Source: Candidatus Kuenenia stuttgartensis (lineage in GTDB: Bacteria; Planctomycetota; Brocadiia; Brocadiales; Brocadiaceae). Taken from it: a DNA stretch of 32,000 nucleotides. The DNA is taken from the NCBI RefSeq assembly GCF_900232105.1, contig NZ_LT934425.1:2400001-2432000 (forward strand), written 5' to 3'. Positions 17,374 through 27,083 of this stretch are shown here, piece by piece; the first letter of the stretch is position 1; every line of letters starts with the position of its first letter. The notes beneath the pieces were generated by a model that had not been told where the DNA came from, made no database searches, and saw only the letters and a list, made by a program, of their open reading frames with translations. The position numbers and the translations under genes are program-made.

Positions 17374-18605
17374 ATGAATACAGATAAACACGGATTTGGA
17401 TTCGAAAAACTGGTTGTGCTATTTGCGCAGACACAGAGTGAACTACAGAAACAGGCGGCCCGTTCGGTTGATATTGCTTTAGTAATTCGCAACTGGCTCT
17501 TTGGCTGGTATATCGTGGAGTTTGAAAATGGCGGTGCAGAGCGGGCGGAACTGTATGGCAAGAAACTTCTTCAATGCCTTTCTGCGGAGCTCAAACAGGC
17601 TGGGCTGAAAGGTGTTTCACTAACTAATTTGAAGCAGTTCAGGCTGTTTTACGAAACCTACAAAGAGATTGGTCGGGCACCGCCTGACCAATCTTCTATC
17701 GATACAAACAACTGGGGAAAAATTACACAGACTGTGTTTGCGCAATCTCTGAATGTCGATACCCAAAAGATTCGGCAGGCAGCGCCTGACCAATCTCAAG
17801 AAACAAGGGCATGCCTGCAGGAAATCACGGCAAAACTGTCAGCTCGCTTTGTGCTTGGCTGGACGCATTATGTCACGCTTCTCACGGTTAAAAATAGTGA
17901 AGAAAGGCGGTTTTATGAAATTGAAGCCGCAGAAAAAACGGCTGGGGATATCGTGAACTGGAACGTCAGATTAACTCGGCTCTTTATGATCGGCTTGCTT
18001 TGAGTCGTGACAAAGAGGAGGTGAGAAGATTATCCACACATGGACAACTCCTCGAAAAACCGGCGGATGTGATCAAAAATCCTTACATTTTAGAGTTTAC
18101 GGGATTGGAAGAATGCAAAGCATTCAGTGAGCATGATCTGGAAACAGCTCTTATCGACAAAATAGAGTATTTTCTCCTGGAATTGGGTAAGGGGTTCCTG
18201 TTCGAGTCCTGCCAGAAACGCTTCTCCTTCGAGAATCGTCATTTTTATGTAGATCTGGTTTTTTACAACCGACTTCTGCGCTGTTACACTATAATTGACC
18301 TCGAAATTGGTGACTTAAAACATCAGGATTTGGGTCAAATGCAAATGTATGTGAATTATTTCGACCGTTATGTAAAACTCGATGAGGAAAATCCAACGGT
18401 CGGTATTCTGCTCTGTCTCAGCAAAAGTGATGAACTGGTTTAATTGACACTTCCGAAAGATTCCAATATCTACGCATCGGAATATCAACTTTATCTGCCT
18501 TCCAAAGAAGAACTGAAAAACCAACTGGAAGATGCACAACGGGAATGGGAAGCGCACCATGATAAGGAAATACCTGTTCAGAACTTGTGTAGCTATTCAG
18601 CGTAA
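17374..18605 (+). pseudogene. YhcG/DUF1016-type PDDEXK nuclease, disrupted by a frameshift and an in-frame stop
   Basis: 17374..18003 and 18000..18443 are two halves of one protein. Frameshift near 17950-17960: the alternate frame reads RELERQINSALYDRLALSRDKEEVRRL. After TAA at 18441-18443 the same frame continues LTLPKDSNIYASEYQLYLPSKEELKNQLEDAQREWE to 18605. Confidence 0.85.
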
Positions 18606-18680
18606 TCTATTAAACTACCGAAGCACCACTCGTTCTCAAACCTTGTACTGAACATAGTGAAGTATCTGATTGGGTACGTA
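18590..18680. repeat. Second, partial copy of the 6011-6139 element
   Basis: ctattcagcgtaatctattaaa...actcgttctcaaaccttgtactgaacatagtgaagtatctg aligns closely with 6015-6098. Confidence 0.8.
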
Positions 18681-18821
18681 ATGGCAATGGAAACTACATT
18701 CGTGGGCTCAGGTTTGTAACCGTTCGGCTGAGCTCACGACGAAGCCTGACCCAAACGTTTTATCCTTTTAATCCAGCCTTCTATTGGCAGAACAAATGAC
18801 AAATAAATTTCAGATTCCAAA

Positions 18822-18928
18822 CAGTCATCATGTTTCATTTGCGACACCCGGAAACGATGAAAATGGTTTTATAACCATATAGTGTTGTAATATATGTACT
18901 TAAGCTTTTTTTGTAGTCTTACTTTCGA
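18822..18928. repeat. Long direct repeat, copy A
   Basis: cagtcatcatgtttcatttgcgacacccggaaacgatgaaaatggttttataaccatatagtgttgtaatatatgtacttaagc... nearly identical to 19344-19452. Confidence 0.85.
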
Positions 18929-18993
18929 GTCGGAAACATCTGGCATTTCTGTTTATGTACCGGTTCAAATGTGTAGGGCCATCCAAAAGGTAT

Positions 18994-19059
18994 CAGCTTG
19001 TTATTGCAAGGGGCTCGGCTTGTCATTGCAGGGATCTCAGCTTGTCATTGCGAGGGTCT
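18994..19059 (+). repeat. 22-bp-period tandem repeat, 3 copies
   Basis: cagcttgttattgcaaggggct / cggcttgtcattgcagggatct / cagcttgtcattgcgagggtct. Confidence 0.8.
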
Positions 19060-19247
19060 TTTCCGAAGCAATCAGTATACTACGAGATATTTCGTGGCGT
19101 AAGAAACGCCATATCGCGGGAGAGGCAAATTAAGGGTGGCTCAAGGGCTAAAAAAAATAGAATTAATTAATGGAATGAATGCAGGATGGAAGGATCGCTA
19201 TGACGGTTTATGAGATTGCTTCGGAAAAGACCCTCGCAATGACAAGC
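19040..19247. repeat. 34-bp perfect inverted repeat flanking about 140 bp
   Basis: gcttgtcattgcgagggtcttttccgaagcaatc (19040-19073) and its reverse complement gattgcttcggaaaagaccctcgcaatgacaagc (19214-19247). Confidence 0.88.
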
Positions 19248-19343
19248 CGATGCCCTTGTAAATGACAAGCATGTGGTTTTGGTATGATGGATAGAGAATC
19301 GGGTTTCTAATCCGCTTCCACTTGTAATGACAAAATAAGTCAT

Positions 19344-19452
19344 CAGTCATCATGTTGCATTTGCAACACCCAGAAACGATGAAAATGGTTTTATAACCAT
19401 ATAATGTTGTAATATATGTACTTAAGCTATTTTTTGTATTCTTACTTCCGAG
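19344..19452. repeat. Long direct repeat, copy B
   Basis: See copy A at 18822-18928. Confidence 0.85.
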
Positions 19453-19476
19453 ACTGAAATTAATATACATTTGAAG

Positions 19477-21420
19477 ATGTTAAACAGAAAATATCATATT
19501 TTGTTATTTGCGATAATCGTTGCCACCCCTCTTATCGTCTATCTCAATTCCCTGGCAAATACGTTTGTTTATGACGATTACCTCACGATAACTAATAATC
19601 ACTTTATTCGTGAATGGCGTTATATTACCGCACTTTTTAGCAAGAAATATGCCGCTGTATCTAATGAACTGACGTACCGCCCCATTGTTACCCTTTCGTA
19701 TTTTATCGACTATGCCCTCTGGGGGCTAAGGCCTGCCGGATACCACTTCGTCAATAACATTATCCACACAGTCAATGTGGTTTTATTGTATTTTCTGGCG
19801 TATCGGCTTTTTGGGAATCGTATAGTCTCTTTGATCTCGTGCCTGATGTTTTCCATACATCCGGTATTTTCTGAGGCAGTAAATGCTATAAGCTATCGGG
19901 AGGATCTTTTATCTGCGACCTTTTTGTTGATTGCGTTTATTTTTTTTCTCAAATCTTCAGATAAAACGGCAAGCGTCAGGAATCTTTCTGCCTTTTATGC
20001 GGTATCCCTGATTGCCTATTTCTTTGCGTTATTATCAAAGGAAATGGCAATTACCTTTCCCCTCCTTGCATTTGCCTACGATTTTATTTTTAAAAGAAAT
20101 GAGATTGCCAGCCGCCAGTGTGCCGGTATGCTTTCGCGCAGTGTTTATTTTTTCAGGGGCCGTTTTGTTACCCACTATATCGGATACATTATTATTAACG
20201 GCATATATTTGTTTTTGCGATTCAAGGTATTTAAAAATCCGGGAGAAGTGATATTTTATCCTGAAAAAAGCATCTTTATAAACGCCCTTATGATGACGAA
20301 GGTAGTTGGGTATTACCTTAAACTTTTCTTCATTCCCATGCCCTTAAATGCAGATTATGTTGTTCCTGTTGCATATTCTGTATTCGATGGGGCGTTTATT
20401 ATTTCTCTTGTGGTAATCTGCGGCACCATGGTACTGGTAAAAAAAAATTGTTTTTCCGGGAAGTGGGTTTTTGCTTTCACCTGGTTTTTTGTATCGATGT
20501 TGCCCGTGCTTAACATAGCCCCTCTGCTGAATATAATGGCGGAAAGATATCTTTATATCCCGGGCATAGGATTTACCCTGTTTGCGGGACTGGCATTTAA
20601 CAAAGGCTTTCAATGTTTTTACAGAAGAAGGCATTATTTTTTGTCATTTGTGGTGATAATTTGTTTTTTGCTGATGTGGGGGACAATACAGAGAAACGGG
20701 ATCTGGCTTAATGAATTTACCTTCAGCACGGAAACGATACGCCGTTCGCCAAAGAGTTACAGGATTTACAATGGCCTTGGATATTTTTATTACAATAATG
20801 GCTTAATCGATAAGGCAATTCAGGCGTTTGAAGGCTCTATACAGGCAATGCCGACACATCCAAAGGCGCACAGCAATCTCGGCGCAGCGTATTCTCTGAA
20901 GGGAATGCAGGACAAGGCGATTGAGGAACTGCAATTTGCCGTTCGGCTGAGAGATCAATACCCGGAAGCGCATAACAATCTGGGACTCCTTTATAAAAGA
21001 AAAGGCATGCCCGACATGGCGATTAATGAATATGTGGCGGCGCTTAAAACAAACCCCTATTATGCGGATGCGCATAATAATCTCGGAAGCGTTTATATTG
21101 ACACGGGAAGGTATGAAGAAGCCCTTTCTGAATTAGAAAAGGCATTAAAAATCAGAAGCAACTTCGCGCTGGCGCACTATAATATGGCGGTAATCTACTT
21201 CAAAAAGGGCCAGGTGGAAGATGCGTATAATAAACTTTTGGAAGCTTACAAGCTGGACCCCGGCAATGCCGATGTTCATCTCAGTCTTGGAGTTGTTTAT
21301 AAAGACCATTTTCACGATACTGCCAAAGCTCTTTTTCACATAAAAGAGTCATTACGTATAAATCCACAGCACAAACAGGCGGAGGAAATGAGGAAGGTTA
21401 TCAGGGAATTAACCCCGTAA
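19477..21420 (+). CDS. TMTC-like multi-pass membrane protein with C-terminal TPRs (putative glycosyltransferase/O-mannosyltransferase-like)
   Basis: N-terminal YLNSLANTFVYDDYLTITNN...YRPIVTLSYFIDYALWGLRPAGYHFVNNIIHTVNVVLLY typical of the family, followed by TPRs (HSNLGAAYSLKGMQDKAIEELQFAVRL). Confidence 0.85.
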   Translation: MLNRKYHILLFAIIVATPLIVYLNSLANTFVYDDYLTITNNHFIREWRYITALFSKKYAAVSNELTYRPIVTLSYFIDYALWGLRPAGYHFVNNIIHTVNVVLLYFLAYRLFGNRIVSLISCLMFSIHPVFSEAVNAISYREDLLSATFLLIAFIFFLKSSDKTASVRNLSAFYAVSLIAYFFALLSKEMAITFPLLAFAYDFIFKRNEIASRQCAGMLSRSVYFFRGRFVTHYIGYIIINGIYLFLRFKVFKNPGEVIFYPEKSIFINALMMTKVVGYYLKLFFIPMPLNADYVVPVAYSVFDGAFIISLVVICGTMVLVKKNCFSGKWVFAFTWFFVSMLPVLNIAPLLNIMAERYLYIPGIGFTLFAGLAFNKGFQCFYRRRHYFLSFVVIICFLLMWGTIQRNGIWLNEFTFSTETIRRSPKSYRIYNGLGYFYYNNGLIDKAIQAFEGSIQAMPTHPKAHSNLGAAYSLKGMQDKAIEELQFAVRLRDQYPEAHNNLGLLYKRKGMPDMAINEYVAALKTNPYYADAHNNLGSVYIDTGRYEEALSELEKALKIRSNFALAHYNMAVIYFKKGQVEDAYNKLLEAYKLDPGNADVHLSLGVVYKDHFHDTAKALFHIKESLRINPQHKQAEEMRKVIRELTP

Positions 21421-21694
21421 GAAAGTCGGCAATCTACAGTCGGCAATCGGCAAATTGCAGATTGGGGATTGCAGACTGAGGACTGTTTTCGTGCTTAGGC
21501 TGGTTAAAAGGGAGTGAAACCGCAGATTGTCATATCATACACACTAAAACCACAATGGGATACCCCATTTTTTTTGTTGCAAAGAACGGAAGGTCTTTGC
21601 TATACTTTGCCTTTATATTGTTTGTTTTAGCGATAAGTTAATAGGTATTTACACATAGGGCAATGTGGGTATTTTTAAAGGATTTGGTGTTTCG

Positions 21695-21961
21695 ATGATA
21701 AGTAAAGAAGCAAAACAGAAAATTATTAATGATCTTAAAATTCATGAAAATGATACAGGTTCTTCAGAAGTGCAGATAGCTTTGCTCACGGGACGAATCA
21801 ATCATTTAACGGGCCATCTGAAGGTGCATAAGAAAGATAACGCATCGAGAAGAGGATTGTTGCAGATGGTCGGCAATCGTTCAGCGTTACTTAATTATTT
21901 ATCAAGAACAGACCGCGAAAGATACAAAAAACTAATAAATAAACTAGGTTTACGCAAATAA
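21695..21961 (+). CDS. rpsO: 30S ribosomal protein S15
   Basis: [88 protein letters not shown]. Confidence 0.98.
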   Translation: MISKEAKQKIINDLKIHENDTGSSEVQIALLTGRINHLTGHLKVHKKDNASRRGLLQMVGNRSALLNYLSRTDRERYKKLINKLGLRK

Positions 21962-22078
21962 ATCTAAATTCATGGAGGAATCAATATACATACCCACACC
22001 AATGCATAAGACAATTAAAACTAACCATTCCTTTGCTGGTCAATGGAAAATTTAAAGAACATAGATTGAGAGGTCAAA

Positions 22079-24196
22079 ATGGCACAATTTAAAGTGGAGA
22101 AGTTGATCGGCAATAGAGCGCTTAGCATAGAAACAGGCCGGGTCGCAAGGCAGGCTGATGGTGCCGTATTAGTGCAATATGGCGAAACTATAGTATTGGT
22201 TACAGCGGTTTCTGCATCAGAAGAAAAGGGAAACGTAGATTTTCTTCCACTTACCGTCGATTACCGGGAAAAGACATACGCTGCCGGGAAATTTCCTGGC
22301 GGTTTTTTCAAGAGAGAAGGAAGACCTTCTCAAAAAGAAATCCTCACCATGCGGTTGATAGACCGCCCTATCAGACCACTCTTTCCGGATACGTACTTCC
22401 GCGAAGTGCAGGTTATGTCAATAGTGCTTTCCGCAGATAAGGAAAATGATCCTGATATACTTGCGATGGTGGGCGCTTCCGCCGCATTATCCATTTCAAG
22501 CATTCCCTTTAGCAAACCTACTGGCTCGGTAAGAGTTGGGCAAATTGAAGGGAAATTTATTATCAACCCCACACATGCCGAGTTGGCACAAAGCAGCATG
22601 GATATTGTTGTCTCCGGGACAGAGGATGCCGTTATGATGGTTGAGGCGTCTGCAAAGGAAATTCCCGAAGAACAGATGGTGGATGCCATTATGTTTGGAC
22701 ATGCGGCTATAAAAGAAATCATAACTCTTCAACACGAACTTATTGAAAAATGCGGAAAAGAAAAGCAAATTGTTGCTCCTTCCATGATGAATAAAGAACT
22801 CATGGAAGAAGTTAAACAAAAATATTATACCGCTATTGTAGAAAAGAATCTGACTCCTGGAAAAGGATACCGAAAAGAAGCGCTTGATGAAATACTTGCG
22901 GCCATAATTAATGAATACTGTGTAGAAGGCGTCGAAAATGCACCTACACCAAAAGAAATTAAAGCAATATTTGAGACAGTTGAAACAATTGTAGTCCGGG
23001 AACAAATAGTGTCTAAAGGATTGCGACCCGATTCCCGCGGATTGAAGGATATAAGACCTATTACCTGTGAGGTTGGCATTCTCCCCAGAGTACATGGCTC
23101 TGCTTTGTTTACAAGGGGAGAAACACAGGCAATTGTTGTGGTAACCCTAGGTACCACATCGGACGAACAAAAAGTGGACGGACTTGAAGATGAATATTCA
23201 AAGAAATTTATGCTGGATTACAATTTTCCGCCTTTTTGTGTTGGTGAAACAAAGCCGTTGCGAGGTCCTGGCAGGAGAGAAATCGGGCATGGCGCATTGG
23301 CGGAGCGGGCACTGGCAGAAGTCCTTCCACCACCGAACAAATTCCCTTACACAACCCGTGTGGTGTCTGATATAACCGAATCTAACGGGTCTTCTTCGAT
23401 GGCATCAGTTTGCGGCGGGACGCTTGCTTTAATGGATGCCGGTGTGCCTATAAAAGCTCCTGTAGCCGGCATTGCTATGGGTTTGGTGAAAGAAGAGAAC
23501 AGTGTATGTATTTTATCTGACATATTAGGGACCGAAGATCACCTGGGAGATATGGATTTTAAGGTTGCAGGCACCGCGCAGGGCGTAACTGCTTTGCAAA
23601 TGGATATAAAAATTGCTGGAATTACTGAGAAAATAATGCGTGATGCACTGGCGCAAGCCAGGGAGGGCAGGCTTCATATTCTTCAGGAACTGGAAAAAGT
23701 CATTGAAAAACCGAGAGAAAAAATTTCTGTATACGCGCCAAAAATTGTACAGATTAAAATTAACCCGGAAAAAATCGGAATGATTATTGGCCCTGGCGGA
23801 AAAAACATAAAGAAAATACAGGAAGAAACCGGGGCAAAAATTGAAATTGAAGATGATGGAACGGTAATCATTTCCGCAACCCTTGGTGAATCGGCAGAAA
23901 AAGCAAAAACATGGATTGAAAATATGACGAAGGAAGTTGAGGTTGGAAAAACGTATAAGGGAAAAGTTTTATCAATAAAAGAATATGGGGCGTTTGTTGA
24001 GATAATTCCCGGGCACGATGGCTTGGTACATATTTCCGAGCTTTCTTACGAATATGTTGAAAAGGCGGGTGATGTTGTGGAGGTAGGCCAGGAAATAATG
24101 ATAAAAGTAATCGGCATAGATGACCAGAAGAGAGTCAAATTAAGCAGGAAAGCTGCTTTAAAGGAAAGCGAACAACCCCTTACTCCTAAGAATTAA
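22079..24196 (+). CDS. pnp: Polyribonucleotide nucleotidyltransferase
   Basis: PNPase signatures FFKREGRPSQKEILTMRLIDRPIRPLFP, duplicated RNase PH domains, KH (GPGGKNIKKIQEETG) and S1 domains. Follows rpsO. Confidence 0.98.
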   Translation: MAQFKVEKLIGNRALSIETGRVARQADGAVLVQYGETIVLVTAVSASEEKGNVDFLPLTVDYREKTYAAGKFPGGFFKREGRPSQKEILTMRLIDRPIRPLFPDTYFREVQVMSIVLSADKENDPDILAMVGASAALSISSIPFSKPTGSVRVGQIEGKFIINPTHAELAQSSMDIVVSGTEDAVMMVEASAKEIPEEQMVDAIMFGHAAIKEIITLQHELIEKCGKEKQIVAPSMMNKELMEEVKQKYYTAIVEKNLTPGKGYRKEALDEILAAIINEYCVEGVENAPTPKEIKAIFETVETIVVREQIVSKGLRPDSRGLKDIRPITCEVGILPRVHGSALFTRGETQAIVVVTLGTTSDEQKVDGLEDEYSKKFMLDYNFPPFCVGETKPLRGPGRREIGHGALAERALAEVLPPPNKFPYTTRVVSDITESNGSSSMASVCGGTLALMDAGVPIKAPVAGIAMGLVKEENSVCILSDILGTEDHLGDMDFKVAGTAQGVTALQMDIKIAGITEKIMRDALAQAREGRLHILQELEKVIEKPREKISVYAPKIVQIKINPEKIGMIIGPGGKNIKKIQEETGAKIEIEDDGTVIISATLGESAEKAKTWIENMTKEVEVGKTYKGKVLSIKEYGAFVEIIPGHDGLVHISELSYEYVEKAGDVVEVGQEIMIKVIGIDDQKRVKLSRKAALKESEQPLTPKN

Positions 24197-24396
24197 AATT
24201 AACTATAATTGGGTATAATATTTGAGAAAATTTCAAAAAGGAGGACGTATTAGAGATTCTGTAAACAAATAATATATCTATTTTATATCTTTTTTATCTT
24301 TTTAGGAGGATGTAGAATCGTACGGTAAAGAAAAATGTTGCTAAGTTTGTTCGTTTTTTTAAAGTGGTAAGTATTAAATATAAGGAGAATGAGATA

Positions 24397-24603
24397 ATGG
24401 CGATTGGCAAAGTCAAGTGGTTTGATGCAAAAAAGGGTTTTGGTTTTATCGAGCAAGATGGCGGAGGAGACGTCTTTGTTCACTATTCCAATATTGGCGG
24501 TGACGGATTCAAAACACTCGAAGACGGAGAAAAGGTAGAATTTGAAGTCGTCGAAGGAGCGAAAGGCCTGCAAGCCCAAAAAGTTAATCGCGTAGCTTCT
24601 TAA
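24397..24603 (+). CDS. Cold-shock domain protein (CspA family)
   Basis: [33 protein letters not shown]; RBS taaggagaatgagata upstream of ATG 24397. Confidence 0.95.
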   Translation: MAIGKVKWFDAKKGFGFIEQDGGGDVFVHYSNIGGDGFKTLEDGEKVEFEVVEGAKGLQAQKVNRVAS

Positions 24604-24627
24604 AAAATATATAAAATATCATTTAAC

Positions 24628-24673
24628 GAGCCGGGAGGAAGCACATTCAGCCATCTTCCTGGCTCTTTTTTTT
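24628..24673 (+). terminator. Rho-independent terminator after the cold-shock gene
   Basis: gagccgggagga ... tcttcctggctc, 12-bp stem including two G-U pairs, followed by a T run. Confidence 0.9.
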
Positions 24674-24682
24674 AATAAAAAA

Positions 24683-25505
24683 GTGATTCAATATCTGATC
24701 GGCGCTATTGCATCTGTAATAATCGTAGTTCCGTTAGCATATTACTATTATAACAGGGGAATAATCCGTAAAACAAAAGAACTGGAAAAACGCACGATTG
24801 ATTCTGAACGATTGGCGTTTGCCGGAACGTTGGCAGGGGGACTTGCCCATGAGATTAAAAACCCGCTAAGCACCCTAAACATTCATCTACAACTCCTAAA
24901 AGAAGACCTGCAAAATATCATTGGCGCTTCAGGAGACGACACCCGGAAAGTTTATAGAAAAATAGAGATTATCCAGAAAGAAGCACTAAGATTAGAAGAA
25001 ATCCTGAATGATTTTCTCCGGTTTGCCAAAGGACAAAAACTGGAATTAGAATACTGTGCTGTTAATGAAATTCTGGATGAAGTAATCAACTTTGCAACAC
25101 CGGAAATTAAACAAAAAAATGTCGTTGTTCTTAAAAGCTATCATCCTGGTTTGCCTTTATGTTATATTGACAGTAAACTTATAAAACAAGCCTTTCTTAA
25201 TGTTATTATCAACGCGCAGCAGGCTATGGAGCACGGAGGGGAACTTATGATTCGAACCTCAAAAGTAAAAAAGTCGGTACAGATAGATATCACCGATACA
25301 GGCCATGGCATTTCCAACGATTCGCTCAATAAAATTTTTCAGGTGTACTATTCTACAAAAACTGCCGGGACCGGACTCGGGCTTCCTACTACGAAAAAAA
25401 ATTATAGAAGAACACAGAGGCACAATTAGCGTTCAAAGCCAGGAAGGCAAAGGTACAAATTTTACCATACAATTACCCATAAACCTCGAAAATGTCTCAG
25501 TATAA
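24683..25505 (+). CDS. Sensor histidine kinase, apparent frameshift near the 3' end
   Basis: LAGTLAGGLAHEIKNPLSTLNIHLQLL (H box), ISNDSLNKIFQVYYSTKTAGTGLGLPTTK. After A8 (25384-25391) the ORF shifts; the alternate frame gives KKIIEEHRGTISVQSQEGKGTNFTIQLPI, the expected C-terminus. Confidence 0.88.
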
Positions 25506-26853
25506 TACGACAATTCTGATCATCGATGATAACGAAGAACACGCGAATGCTACGGCGGAAGCAATACAAAAGGTAGGATATAAATGTATTGTTGCTACCA
25601 GTGGCAAAGCGGGATTGAAGATTATTGAAACAGAAGAGATAGATGTCGTAATTACCGACCTGATTATGCATGATTTCAGCGGCATGGAAATTCTTAAAGC
25701 GACTAAGGAAAAATTGCCCGAAGCGGAAATTATTTTGATAACAGGATACGGCACTGTTGAAACAGCCGTTGATGCCATGCAAAAAGGTGCCGCTACCTTT
25801 CTTCTGAAACCAATTAATATTAACCATCTGCGCGCAGAAATTAATAAACTCGTTGAAAAACAAAATCTGGTAAGAAATAACATATTGCTCCAGAAACAGC
25901 TTGATGAAAAATATGGCCTTACAGGAATTATTGGCAACAGCGCCAGTATGCAAAAGGTATTGACCATGGTAAATCAGATTTCCGGAACGAATGCCACTGT
26001 ATTGATTACCGGGGAAAGCGGCACAGGGAAGGAATTGATAGCAAAAACCATACATAATAACAGCCTGAGGAAACACAATCCTCTGGTAATTCTTAATTCT
26101 GCCGCAATTCCGGAAAATATTCTGGAAAGCGAATTGTTCGGACATGAAAAAGGGTCATTTACCGGGGCGTTGTATCAGCGGAAGGGGAAGTTTGAATACG
26201 CACACCGCGGCACTTTCTTTCTTGATGAAATAGGCGACATGCCTCTTTCCGCACAAGCGAAACTGTTGCGTGTGTTAGAAGACGGAATGATTACGCGCAT
26301 CGGCAGCAATGAGTCCATTGAAGTAGATGTGCGCTTAATCGCTGCCACGAATCAGGAACTTGGAAATCTTATAAAAGAAGGAAAATTCAGGGAAGACCTG
26401 TACTTCAGATTAAATGTTATTCGCATCAAACTGCCTCCTCTCCGCGAACGGCTTGAAGATATTCCATTGCTCCTTGATGCATTCATTCGCGAATTTTCCA
26501 GATTATATAGTAAGGAAATTTTGCAAATTACCCCTGAAGCCAGAAAAATATTATTAAGATACCAGTGGCCGGGCAATATCAGAGAACTAAAGAATTGCAT
26601 AGAAAGCATGGTAGTTATTACCACAAAAAAATATTTAGATGTAGAAGACCTGCCCGATCATATCGAAAAAAAGAGCGACGAGATGCCAGTCTCCCATGGT
26701 TTGATGGCGGGAATGACTATGGAGGATGCAGAAATAGAACTCATTAAATGCACATTAGCCAGTGTGGGAGGCAATAGAGAAGAAGCCGCCAGAATGCTTG
26801 GGATTGGCGAGAGAACTCTTTATAGAAAGCTAGACCTTTACCGCTTGAAATAA
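25492..26853 (+). CDS. Sigma-54-dependent NtrC-family response regulator
   Basis: Receiver domain (DDNEEH...VVITDLIM), GESGTGKELIA, GSFTGALYQRKGKFEYAHRGTFFLDEIGDMP, C-terminal Fis-type HTH (AARMLGIGERTLYRKLDLY). Overlaps the 3' end of the kinase by 14 nt. Confidence 0.96.
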   Translation: MSQYNTTILIIDDNEEHANATAEAIQKVGYKCIVATSGKAGLKIIETEEIDVVITDLIMHDFSGMEILKATKEKLPEAEIILITGYGTVETAVDAMQKGAATFLLKPININHLRAEINKLVEKQNLVRNNILLQKQLDEKYGLTGIIGNSASMQKVLTMVNQISGTNATVLITGESGTGKELIAKTIHNNSLRKHNPLVILNSAAIPENILESELFGHEKGSFTGALYQRKGKFEYAHRGTFFLDEIGDMPLSAQAKLLRVLEDGMITRIGSNESIEVDVRLIAATNQELGNLIKEGKFREDLYFRLNVIRIKLPPLRERLEDIPLLLDAFIREFSRLYSKEILQITPEARKILLRYQWPGNIRELKNCIESMVVITTKKYLDVEDLPDHIEKKSDEMPVSHGLMAGMTMEDAEIELIKCTLASVGGNREEAARMLGIGERTLYRKLDLYRLK

Positions 26854-26949
26854 AAAAGATGACAACAATTCAGTACCTTATCGATAACTTCTTTGCACAC
26901 TTCCATTCGTCAGTGCGTGCTTTTTGGCAAAATATTTAATTGTCCCTTC

Positions 26950-27015
26950 TGCAGTCGGCAATCTACAATCGGCAGATTGCAGACTGAGGAATGCTGGCTA
27001 TGCCAGTTTAGGTAA
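26950..27015. repeat. Dispersed intergenic repeat (gcagtcggcaatc ... ctggctatgccag)
   Basis: gcagtcggcaatctacaatcggcagattgcagactgaggaatgctggctatgccagttta, shared with 21422-21490, 2671-2765 and 11055. Confidence 0.6.
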
Positions 27016-27083
27016 CACTTGAGTCTTTTTCAAAAAACTAAATTGTTACAAAATATGAAAACCTTTCGAATAATTAATCCCCT

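Noticed and set aside
18994-19059. Short CRISPR-like array
   Set aside because: Only three 22-bp contiguous copies, no unique spacers and no cas genes.
18894-19470. Small ORFs on both strands (79, 71 and 90 aa)
   Set aside because: They are built from tandem and inverted repeats (repeated LSLRGS/SACYCK strings) and are best explained as noncoding repeat DNA.
22496-23095. 199-aa reverse-strand ORF
   Set aside because: Opposite pnp, with no recognisable domain.
25462-26145. 227-aa reverse-strand ORF
   Set aside because: Lies entirely opposite the clear NtrC-family regulator; shadow ORF.
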